Source: Patescibacteria group bacterium (GTDB lineage: Bacteria; Patescibacteriota; Patescibacteriia; UBA9934). Taken from it: 64,000 nucleotides of DNA. The stretch lies in NCBI GenBank assembly GCA_038064675.1, contig JBBTSM010000002.1, forward strand, positions 6,507 to 70,506, read 5' to 3'. Both the position numbers and the translations under genes were made by a program. A model generated the notes under the pieces. The model was not told where the DNA came from. It did not search any database and saw nothing but the letters and a program-made list of their open reading frames with translations. Of the stretch, positions 50,778 through 58,609 are shown piece by piece (position 1 is the stretch's first letter; every line of letters starts with the position of its first letter).

Positions 50778-51065
50778 ATGCCATTGCCGTCATTCCGAAG
50801 CTCACGTTCAAAGGTTCGCCGACGCCGTTCCCACCACGCGTTGAAGGCCCAGCAGGTCGCGGTTTGCGCAAAGTGTGAGGCAATTCTTTTGCCACACCGC
50901 GCATGTAAGAACTGCGGAGCATACGGCGATCGCAACGTTGCAAAGAAAGGCGCTGCAGAGGTAAAGAAGGCTATCGCGAAGACGGTCAAGAAGGCTCCAG
51001 CAAAGAAGGTTGCGGCAAAGAAGACGTCCAGCCAGCCTGGCCACGAAGGTCATAACCACGAGTAA
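50778..51065 (+). CDS. rpmF: 50S ribosomal protein L32 with Lys/Ala-rich C-terminal tail
   Basis: It has ...RRRSHHALKAQQVAVCAKCEAILLPHRACKNCGAY (L32 CxxC...CxxC). Confidence 0.7.
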   Translation: MPLPSFRSSRSKVRRRRSHHALKAQQVAVCAKCEAILLPHRACKNCGAYGDRNVAKKGAAEVKKAIAKTVKKAPAKKVAAKKTSSQPGHEGHNHE

Positions 51066-51127
51066 ATTCCAACACAATGCCTGCCGTTTGGCGGGCGTTG
51101 TTGTTTTCGGTATACTCTCAGCAATCT

Positions 51128-51634
51128 ATGTCGAATCGCCACCTGGCTCGTACAATGGCCATGCAAGTTCTTTACGAATGGGATTTTCGCGGAAAGGAGG
51201 CGGTACGGCTTCCGGAAGTTGTTGCGTTGGTTCGCGAAGAATTTGCACCGAAGTTCGATGATGGTGGCTACGTGGAGCAGCAGGTTGGTGAAATCATCAA
51301 TCATCTTCCAGCGATCGACACCATGATTAATACGTTCATGCCGAACTGGACAGTGGATTCGATCACGATTATTGATCGAAACATTCTCCGACTTGGTGTG
51401 TACGAGCTGCGTTTCGATCAATCAATTCCGTCAAAGGTCGCCATCAACGAAGCGATCGAGCTTGGAAAGAAATTCGGTGGGGAAGCATCAGGAAAGTTCG
51501 TGAACGGCGTACTTGGTGCGATTTTGAAGGATATGGCCGCAAAGGGGGAGAAGAAAGAAGCCGATGTGGAACGGGAGAAACGTGGAGACGTTGCCGATGG
51601 CGCGTCTCCAGAAGAATCGATCAAAGAAAAATAG
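51128..51634 (+). CDS. nusB: transcription antitermination factor NusB
   Basis: It has ARTMAMQVLYEWDF... and the conserved helices. Confidence 0.8.
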   Translation: MSNRHLARTMAMQVLYEWDFRGKEAVRLPEVVALVREEFAPKFDDGGYVEQQVGEIINHLPAIDTMINTFMPNWTVDSITIIDRNILRLGVYELRFDQSIPSKVAINEAIELGKKFGGEASGKFVNGVLGAILKDMAAKGEKKEADVEREKRGDVADGASPEESIKEK

Positions 51635-51635
51635 T

Positions 51636-52328
51636 ATGCAGAAAGATATTGAGGCACTCGCAAAAATCTTGAATATTCCTTTGAAACCCGGCGGTCACCT
51701 TGAACAGGCCGTTGTTCATCGTTCCTATTTGAACGAACATCCGGATTTTCCATTGGCACACAATGAGCGCTTGGAGTTTCTTGGCGACGCCGTCCTCGAG
51801 CTCGTTGTTACTGAGCATCTCTATAACACGTACGAGAATCCGGAAGGCGAGCTGACAACGTGGCGATCGTCGATTGTGAATGGAGACAGTCTTGCTGTCA
51901 TCGGTCACGAAATTGGCATCGAGCCATACTTGTATCTTTCACGAGGTGAGGAAAAGGATTCGAACTCAAAGGCGCGTCGCTACATTCTTGCAAACGCGAT
52001 GGAAGCGATTATCGGCGCCATCTACTTGGATTTTGGATGGGATCTCTCGAAGGAGTTTATTCTCAAACACGTTGTCTCGAAACTTGGCGACATCATCGCA
52101 GAACGTTCGTACATCGACCCAAAGAGTAAGTTTCAGGAAGCGGCGCAATCGCGGTTGTCCGTTACGCCGAGTTACAAGGTTCTTGAGGAATCCGGACCAG
52201 ACCATCAAAAGACATTCATCATGGGTGCATATCTTGGCAAAGATTTGATTGCGAAGGGGGAGGGAACAAGTAAGCAAGAAGCGCAGATTTCGGCCGCCGC
52301 GAATGCGTTGAAAGAAAAGGGGTGGTAA
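51636..52328 (+). CDS. rnc: ribonuclease III
   Basis: The RNase III signature is ERLEFLGDAVLELVV. The C-terminal dsRBD is present. Confidence 0.85.
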   Translation: MQKDIEALAKILNIPLKPGGHLEQAVVHRSYLNEHPDFPLAHNERLEFLGDAVLELVVTEHLYNTYENPEGELTTWRSSIVNGDSLAVIGHEIGIEPYLYLSRGEEKDSNSKARRYILANAMEAIIGAIYLDFGWDLSKEFILKHVVSKLGDIIAERSYIDPKSKFQEAAQSRLSVTPSYKVLEESGPDHQKTFIMGAYLGKDLIAKGEGTSKQEAQISAAANALKEKGW

Positions 52329-52375
52329 GAATCGGGCACAAATAAAACGAGGAACCGATGTGGTTCCTCGTTTTA

Positions 52376-52452
52376 TGGTGCGAGCAGAGGGACTCGAACC
52401 CCCGACCCTTTGGTTCGAAGCCAAATGCTCTATCCAACTGAGCTATGCCCGC
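52376..52452 (-). tRNA. tRNA-Arg (anticodon UCG), CCA encoded
   Basis: A cloverleaf was folded by hand. The acceptor is GCGGGCA. The anticodon loop is CTTCGAA. The T-loop is GGTTCGAGTCC. Confidence 0.8.
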
Positions 52453-52525
52453 ATATCCACTGAACGTCGCAATAGTACTCGTTTTCTTGACCCTGGTCAA
52501 AAAATTGTGCATCATACAGCCGTTC

Positions 52526-52600
52526 GCATCGGTAGCTCAGCGGTAGAGCAGGTGACTCTTAATCACTTGGTCGTGGGTTCGAATCCCGCCCGGTGCACCA
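52526..52600 (+). tRNA. tRNA-Lys (anticodon CUU), CCA encoded
   Basis: The acceptor is GCATCGG/CCGGTGC. The anticodon loop is CTCTTAA. The T-loop is GGTTCGAATCC. Confidence 0.8.
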
Positions 52601-52655
52601 GAACACGATCTCCCATTTGGGAGGTCGTTTTCTTTTTTGCTATACTGTACGCAAT

Positions 52656-52862
52656 ATGTCCATGCTTCTTCTTGCCGGCATTGTATTGACCGGCTTTCCG
52701 CTCCTGCTCATTATCGGCTTTGCGAGCTATATCTTCTTTGGCTTCATCAACGACGACAAGGACGCACGAGCCGTCCTGAACGTGGTTCTTGCAGTGATGG
52801 GTATCGGCATCGTCCTCATTCTTGCCTATTTCGCTACAAAGATCTTCGTCATCACGCCGTAA
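52656..52862 (+). CDS. small membrane protein (2 TM)
   Basis: It begins MSMLLLAGIVLTGFPLLLIIGF... Confidence 0.3.
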   Translation: MSMLLLAGIVLTGFPLLLIIGFASYIFFGFINDDKDARAVLNVVLAVMGIGIVLILAYFATKIFVITP

Positions 52863-52884
52863 GCGGCGAAATCGATTCCAAACA

Positions 52885-52911
52885 AAAGGCGCCCCTTTCG
52901 GAGCGCTTTTT
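52885..52911 (-). terminator. terminator of hup
   Basis: GCGCUCC-gaaa-GGGGCGC lies on the minus strand and is followed by a U run. Confidence 0.5.
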
Positions 52912-52913
52912 GA

Positions 52914-53204
52914 TTAGCTGACCAACTTGCCTTTGAGCGCATCCTTCAAGGCCTTTCCGGCTTTGAACTTTGGCACGCGAACGGCAGGAACTTGGATCTT
53001 TTCGCTTGGGTTTCGTGGATTTACTCCCATACGAGCGGATCGAGTTCGGGCAGAGAACGTGCCGAATCCTGCGATGGTGACCTCGTCGCCATTCATGAGG
53101 GCAGCCGTTACGATTGCCTCGAAGGCTTCTACGATATCCTCAGCGGATTTCTTTGGCACCCCAAGCTTTTCTGAAAGACGAAGCGCGAGTTCTGCCTTAT
53201 TCAT
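52914..53204 (-). CDS. hup: DNA-binding protein HU
   Basis: It has MNKAEL...GFGTFSARTR..RNPSE. It is a full-length HU. Confidence 0.85.
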   Translation of the reverse strand: MNKAELALRLSEKLGVPKKSAEDIVEAFEAIVTAALMNGDEVTIAGFGTFSARTRSARMGVNPRNPSEKIQVPAVRVPKFKAGKALKDALKGKLVS

Positions 53205-53271
53205 AGAAAACGTAAGGTCAAATGAATGCGCTTATCTTAGCGGAATTTCTGATGGGCGTCAAGCATTTCAC

Positions 53272-54861
53272 TTATCTGGCGTATTCGGTGACTCGAGTTT
53301 CGCGGATAATCGTTACGCGAACTTCTCCGGGGTAGGTAAGGTCTGCCTCAATCTTCTTGGCGATATCGCGGGCAAGATTGTGGGCAGAAAGATCGTCCAC
53401 AACGCCTGGTTGCACGAAGACACGAACCTCACGACCAGCCTGGATGGCGTACACTTTTTCGACGCCCGGGAATCCAGATGCGGTCATTTCAAGATCCTGA
53501 AGACGTTGCAGATACTCTTCGAGACTGTTTCGTCGAGCGCCCGGTCGAGCTCCCGATATCGCATCAGCTGCCTTCACGATAACGCCTTCCAGCGTTCGCG
53601 GCTTGTCCTCGTGGTGAGCGATGGATTGGTAACAAAGTTCTTCAGGGAACCCAAACTTCTTCATGATGTTGTACCCAATCTGTGGGTGCGCGCCCTGCAT
53701 GTCGTGATCCACCGCCTTTCCGATGTCGTGGAAGAGCCCTCCCTTTTTACAGATCATCGCATCGGCACCAAGTTCTTCCGCCATCATGCCGGAGAGACGA
53801 GCGACTTCGATGGAATGTTGAAGCACGTTTTGTCCGTAGCTTGTACGGAATTTCAAGCGGCCAAGAATGGCGACGAGTTTTGGATCGATGCTTGGGACTG
53901 GGATGCCGAGTTCGTACAGCGCGTCTTCGCCGGCCTTGCGCATGTCCTTCGCGAGTTCCTGCTTTGCGGCGTTGATCGCTTCTTCAATCTTCGCAGGTTG
54001 AATACGTCCGTCCTTCAATAATGCTTCCAGTGCGCGCTTGGCAACCTGACGACGAACAGGGGAGAACCCGCTGATCGTGATGGAATTTGGCGTGTCGTCG
54101 ATGATGAGCTCACAGCCGGTGAGATGCTCAAGTGTTTTGATGTTGCGACCTTCTTTTCCAATGATGCGTCCCTTCATGTCGTCGCTAGGAAGATCCACGA
54201 ACGTCGTGGTTGCATCAACTACTTGGCTACTCGCAAACTTACTGATGGCCAATGAAAGCACGTTGCGTGCCTTGGCCTCTACGGCGTCTTCGCTGATCTG
54301 ATCCATCTTTCGGATGCGCGAGAGCATCGCGTCGGTTTCTGTTTCCTCGATGCGCTTGAAAAGCACTTCAGCTGCAGCTTCTTTTGTCATTCCTGCTACA
54401 GATTGGAGCTTCGTAAACGCCTCGTCGTGGAGCTTTGCGACGTCGGTTTTTGCGACGACAAGTTTCTCCTTTTCTTCCTCGAGCTTTGTCTTTTTGTTTT
54501 CGAAGTCGAGGAGCGTTTCATCAAAACGACGCTCGCGATCTGCGATTCGAGTCTGCGCCTCCTTGAGTCCGGTTTCGTGGAATGCGAGTTCGCGTTTTCC
54601 ATCCTCAACAATCTTCATCGCCCGTTCTTTGGCATCAAGCAAAAGTTGCTGCTCCGTGGTGCGAGCGGCTTGAACGATATTCTGCTCTCGAGATTTTGCG
54701 TCTTGCGCGATGCGATCTTCTTCAGCTCGCGCCTTTTTGAGGATTTCTTCTGCACGAGCTTCGGCATTTCCGGCAATCTGTTTTCCGCGAACGTCACGAA
54801 CGAAGTATCCAATGGCGCCTCCTGCAGCAATCGCGAGAAGGGCGGTGATAAGAGTAGGCAT
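53272..54861 (-). CDS. rny: ribonuclease Y
   Basis: It has an N-terminal TM and a coiled coil. The KH domain GRIIGKEGRNI is present. The HD domain HHEDKP is present. Confidence 0.85.
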   Translation of the reverse strand: MPTLITALLAIAAGGAIGYFVRDVRGKQIAGNAEARAEEILKKARAEEDRIAQDAKSREQNIVQAARTTEQQLLLDAKERAMKIVEDGKRELAFHETGLKEAQTRIADRERRFDETLLDFENKKTKLEEEKEKLVVAKTDVAKLHDEAFTKLQSVAGMTKEAAAEVLFKRIEETETDAMLSRIRKMDQISEDAVEAKARNVLSLAISKFASSQVVDATTTFVDLPSDDMKGRIIGKEGRNIKTLEHLTGCELIIDDTPNSITISGFSPVRRQVAKRALEALLKDGRIQPAKIEEAINAAKQELAKDMRKAGEDALYELGIPVPSIDPKLVAILGRLKFRTSYGQNVLQHSIEVARLSGMMAEELGADAMICKKGGLFHDIGKAVDHDMQGAHPQIGYNIMKKFGFPEELCYQSIAHHEDKPRTLEGVIVKAADAISGARPGARRNSLEEYLQRLQDLEMTASGFPGVEKVYAIQAGREVRVFVQPGVVDDLSAHNLARDIAKKIEADLTYPGEVRVTIIRETRVTEYAR

Positions 54862-54983
54862 ACGGAATCACCCGGCCGAATTCCGAAAACAAAGGGGGAG
54901 GATTGTTCAAAAACATCAAGAGTAAACCCAGATTTGTGCCACCGGAACTGGACGAGTTCAACAAGATTTACGCCTCGAGCGTA

Positions 54984-55709
54984 TCACGGTACCAGCTTTT
55001 TCGCCAACGATGCCCAATTTTCAGGGGTAATATCGCTGAGCGGGGTTGTGGAATCGATTCCGTACGGTCCGATAGCCGATCGGCGGAGCTGGGTAAGGTA
55101 TCCAGCCGTCCCAAGATTCTCGCCGAGATCTCGAGCGATGGCTCGAATATAGGTTCCCGATGAGCAGTCGATGACGACGGGGAGGTTTAGGGGGAGAATG
55201 AGCGATCGTTGCGTTTGAGCGACCGGCGGATTACCACCTTGAGCGAATTGAGCGTCCTGAATTACAAATCGGGAAATCTTTACCGGCCGTGGTGGTCGGT
55301 CAATTTCGATACCTTTACGGGCGAGGTCGTAGAGTTTCTGTCCACCGATCTTGATCGCGGAATGCATCGGGGGAATCTGAAGAATGTCGCCCGTGAGACT
55401 TTTCATCGCCGTTTCGATCGCTTCCAAGGTTAGATCGGCTCCACCGACCGCAACGATCTCGCCTTCTGGATCAAGCGTCGTCGAGCTTTCGCCTAGTCGG
55501 ATGATCGCTTCATACGTCTTTCCCATGCCAAGGAATGTATTCAAATGCTTCGTCGATTCTCGTCCAACGCCAAGAATCAACATCCCCGTTGCAAACGGAT
55601 CCAACGTACCGGCATGGCCAACGGTGCGCTCGCCGGTAATTTTGCGAACCCGGTCCACGACGTCGTGGCTGGTGATGCCTGCGGGTTTGTCGATGAGGAG
55701 GAATGGCAT
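54984..55709 (-). CDS. truB: tRNA pseudouridine(55) synthase
   Basis: It has LIDKPAGITSHDVV...GHAGTLDP. Confidence 0.85.
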   Translation of the reverse strand: MPFLLIDKPAGITSHDVVDRVRKITGERTVGHAGTLDPFATGMLILGVGRESTKHLNTFLGMGKTYEAIIRLGESSTTLDPEGEIVAVGGADLTLEAIETAMKSLTGDILQIPPMHSAIKIGGQKLYDLARKGIEIDRPPRPVKISRFVIQDAQFAQGGNPPVAQTQRSLILPLNLPVVIDCSSGTYIRAIARDLGENLGTAGYLTQLRRSAIGPYGIDSTTPLSDITPENWASLAKKLVP

Positions 55710-55730
55710 AGATCGATGTGCCGATTCTTG

Positions 55731-56288
55731 TTACTTGGTTTCATTCTGCGCTTGAACCGTTACCCCAATATTCTGGAGCGCATGTTGTACCGCGAGCACC
55801 TCTTTTTCATCGATAGAGCTCAGGAGGAGCGTTGTGTTCTCATTGAACGTACAGGAAAACGTCCACTGGATATAATTTCCTCCTCCTCCGTGTCTGTACC
55901 GTCGGAGACGGTTTGTGAGAGAGACCTGGATTTGTGTAAAGGAGACAGGCTCTGCACCTGTGAATGTTCCGTAAACGGTGCGAATATTTTTTCCAGACGG
56001 ATTCCACTCAGAGACGATGTCGGTTGGGATTGGACCCCGATATATCCTTCTGGGTAAGAGAATGCACACGAGAGCGATGGCATAGACTATCCCAATGGTG
56101 AGGGCGTTATTGTGCAAAAGACTCGATTCCGAATAGCCGATAGAAAAAAAGAGAAAACCAAATACGATGAGTGGAATAATCAAAAATTGAAATACTCGAG
56201 TCCAAGGTCCGTATGTGTGGATGACGAGCGTATTCTCTTGCTGCGTTACGCGACCCCATTGATTATGTGCGATTACCTCTGCCTTCAT
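55731..56288 (-). CDS. membrane protein (hypothetical)
   Basis: It has two TM helices. The longer track ORF would overlap adk. The start is trimmed to MKAEVIAHN. Confidence 0.4.
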   Translation of the reverse strand: MKAEVIAHNQWGRVTQQENTLVIHTYGPWTRVFQFLIIPLIVFGFLFFSIGYSESSLLHNNALTIGIVYAIALVCILLPRRIYRGPIPTDIVSEWNPSGKNIRTVYGTFTGAEPVSFTQIQVSLTNRLRRYRHGGGGNYIQWTFSCTFNENTTLLLSSIDEKEVLAVQHALQNIGVTVQAQNETK

Positions 56289-56333
56289 AGGTTGTTTTCT
56301 ATTCTGTAAGTATGTCATACACTGTGCACATCT

Positions 56334-56918
56334 ATGAACCAACCGCTCAAAATTATCTTGTGTGGGCCGCCAGGATCTGGAAAGGATACGCATGCCGCAG
56401 TGCTTTCGGCAACGTTTGGTATCCCGACGATTTCCATGGGTGGACTCTTGCGATCCGAAATTGTGAAGCAAACCGCGGATGGTATTACTGCGGCTGGCTA
56501 CATGTCGCGCGGCGAAATGGTGCCGGAGGAGATTGTGACGCGGTTGGTGAAAGAACGGCTGGCGGACGAGAGTTGCAAGAATGGTTACATCTTGAACGGA
56601 TACACGCGGTCGCTCGACAAGCTCGAGACCTATCTTTCTTTCGATCACCCAACGCACGTTGTCCATTTATTGCTTGCCGACGACGACGTTCGCGATCGTT
56701 TAAAGGTTCGTGGGAGGCATGATGATCAGGCCCACGTTGTTGATGCGCGTTTGAAACTGTATCACGAGTCGGAAACGCTGGTGTGCGAGTTTTGGAAGAA
56801 CGATCCGTCCGTTTGGTATAAAGAAATTTGGACGAACCGCGTACCGATTGACATTACCAAGGACATCATCGATTTCATGCACGCTTCCATGCACATGCAA
56901 AATAGGTTCACCAAATAA
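56334..56918 (+). CDS. adk: adenylate kinase
   Basis: It has the P-loop GPPGSGKDT. It has the NMP-binding and LID segments. Confidence 0.85.
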   Translation: MNQPLKIILCGPPGSGKDTHAAVLSATFGIPTISMGGLLRSEIVKQTADGITAAGYMSRGEMVPEEIVTRLVKERLADESCKNGYILNGYTRSLDKLETYLSFDHPTHVVHLLLADDDVRDRLKVRGRHDDQAHVVDARLKLYHESETLVCEFWKNDPSVWYKEIWTNRVPIDITKDIIDFMHASMHMQNRFTK

Positions 56919-56926
56919 ACGAACGA

Positions 56927-56952
56927 CCGCGGCTCCTGCGTAGGAGCCGCGG
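56927..56952. terminator. GC hairpin CCGCGGCTCC-tgcgta-GGAGCCGCGG (first of four family members; shared by adk and cassette A)
   Basis: Read from the sequence. Related copies are at 57273..57297, 57811..57835 and 58229..58254. Confidence 0.5.
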
Positions 56953-56992
56953 CGCGTTGGCGACGTAGGCAGAGTGCCGAGATGTGGCGCGG

Positions 56993-57202
56993 TCAGTAGT
57001 CACCATCGTCGTCTTCGTCCCCGTCTGGGTTTTCGTTATCGAGATCGTCTTGGATGATCCACCGGTCTTGGCTGCCCGAATTCTCCGGTGCAACGTCGGT
57101 ACCGGCCGACAGAACCCAGATGAACGGGGCTTGAGGCTCGGCGGGACGAGCCCTGCCGCTACAGGTGGGACACGTTTCTTTTGAGCATGTACAGCGGATC
57201 AT
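56993..57202 (-). CDS. small Cys-motif acidic protein, cassette A (69 aa)
   Basis: The sequence is MIRCTCSKETCPTCSGRARPAEPQ...DGDEDDDGDY. An RBS AAGGAGG lies 8 nt upstream. It is a paralogue of cassette C. Confidence 0.5.
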   Translation of the reverse strand: MIRCTCSKETCPTCSGRARPAEPQAPFIWVLSAGTDVAPENSGSQDRWIIQDDLDNENPDGDEDDDGDY

Positions 57203-57238
57203 CCAAGGGTGCCTCCTTTGTGCCTGTACACAATGTAA

Positions 57239-57301
57239 GGCTTTTGAAAATTTTCCGCAATAAATGCAGCCGCCGCGACTCCTGCGTGGAGCCGCGGCGC
57301 G
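57239..57301. repeat. 63-bp perfect direct repeat, copy 1 (promoter-like TTGCGG-N17-TACATT region + terminator hairpin)
   Basis: It is identical to 57777..57839. Confidence 0.6.
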
Positions 57302-57345
57302 TGTTCGGGGAATCGTGTGTGGTGCGCTTGGTGTCAGAAGCGCCC

Positions 57346-57744
57346 TCAGGGATCGAGCGGCCCTCCGGGCCCGCGGCCGAGCCCTCGGGTCTGTCGTGCG
57401 CCTTCCACCGCTGCCCGACCGAGCTCGGGTCCAGTCATCTTGAACACGCGATCGAATGCCCCGCGCGTTTCCGGTCGTTGCTGATCGTTCACGATCGCTT
57501 CGGCCGTGGTTTCTTCGAACACGGCGTCGGCACCGGCCTTGGACGCGATGTCCGCGCCACGCTCGGCGACCCGCGCGTCCCAGTCGGCGAAGCAGGCAGC
57601 TTCGTCTCTCGGATCGATCCACGGAACCTCAGCGTCGGGCGGCAGAGGCGGACCGTGCATCGTCCGGAGCTCGACGGGCTTGTTGGGGTGAAGCGGACAG
57701 ATCCGTCCGGTGTGTTGTCCGCAGACGCAGGTATTCTCGGCCAT
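57346..57744 (-). CDS. small Cys-motif protein, cassette B (132 aa)
   Basis: The sequence is MAENTCVCGQHTGRICPLHP.... An RBS GAGGA is present. Confidence 0.45.
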   Translation of the reverse strand: MAENTCVCGQHTGRICPLHPNKPVELRTMHGPPLPPDAEVPWIDPRDEAACFADWDARVAERGADIASKAGADAVFEETTAEAIVNDQQRPETRGAFDRVFKMTGPELGRAAVEGARQTRGLGRGPGGPLDP

Positions 57745-57776
57745 CGGCAATCCTCACGGGTGTGCTTGAAATGTAC

Positions 57777-57839
57777 GGCTTTTGAAAATTTTCCGCAATA
57801 AATGCAGCCGCCGCGACTCCTGCGTGGAGCCGCGGCGCG
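57777..57839. repeat. 63-bp perfect direct repeat, copy 2
   Basis: It is identical to 57239..57301. Confidence 0.6.
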
Positions 57840-57871
57840 TTGGCGACGTAGGGTGCCGAGATGTGGAGCGG

Positions 57872-58090
57872 TCAGCAGTCACCTTCATCGTCATCCCCAT
57901 CTGGGCCTCCGCCAATCACCTCGTCATCGATGTTGTCGCCCCACCAGTCTTTGTTGCCCGAATCCTCCGGTGCAACGTCGGTACCGACCGACGGAACCTG
58001 GCCGAGCGACGTTTGAGGCCTGGCGGGACGAGCCCTGTCACTGCAGGTGGGACACGTTTCTTGTGAACAGCGACAAAGAATGTCTTCCAT
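57872..58090 (-). CDS. small Cys-motif acidic protein, cassette C (72 aa), paralogue of A
   Basis: The sequence is MEDILCRCSQETCPTCSDRARPARPQ...GTDVAPEDSG...DGDDDEGDC. Confidence 0.5.
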   Translation of the reverse strand: MEDILCRCSQETCPTCSDRARPARPQTSLGQVPSVGTDVAPEDSGNKDWWGDNIDDEVIGGGPDGDDDEGDC

Positions 58091-58286
58091 GAATGCCTCG
58101 GTGTGCGTATTTAATGTACGGCTCCGGAGTATTTTACGCAATTCCGAACGAACGTTTGAACATGAGCATTTCCACAGATATCATCCGATCGGATGGTATT
58201 TTCGGAAGAAAAGAACACGAAACGAACAACCGCGACCCCTTGCGTGGAGCCGCGGCGCGTGTTCGGTGATTTGGTCGTCGTCGCCT

Positions 58287-58526
58287 TCAGGAAGAGCCGG
58301 TGTGCGCTTCGCACGGAGAGCCGGGTCGGCAGTGCGGGCAGTCTGGCGCCCGCGTGGCGGTCGCTCGGCGTTCGGAGTCGGGGACTTGTCCAGTCATTCG
58401 ACCCCAAAGTGCCTCGTATTGTCCATCGTCGAGAGCCTCCTTCGGATTGGGCAGTTCCGCCCTTGCTCGAGGGTATCCCATGATCGGTACTCTTGTTTTG
58501 TGATTGTTTTCGTGTTCGGAAACCAA
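58287..58526 (-). CDS. small protein with C-terminal CPHC..C motif, cassette D
   Basis: It has ...APDCPHCRPGSPCEAHTGSS. The start is uncertain (TTG at 58526 or ATG giving 64 aa). Confidence 0.35.
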   Translation of the reverse strand: MVSEHENNHKTRVPIMGYPRARAELPNPKEALDDGQYEALWGRMTGQVPDSERRATATRAPDCPHCRPGSPCEAHTGSS

Positions 58527-58609
58527 AAGAAGGGTAGCTCCCGGGAAAGATTATCGCAATCCTCAGTCATTTCTTGCCCCAAAGCCGTTCGTCGAGTACA
58601 CTCTTGGCC

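Noticed and set aside
55731-56666. 311-aa minus ORF overlapping adk
   Set aside because: Only the distal 186 aa (two TM helices) avoid adk. The upstream part is antisense to the adk P-loop region.
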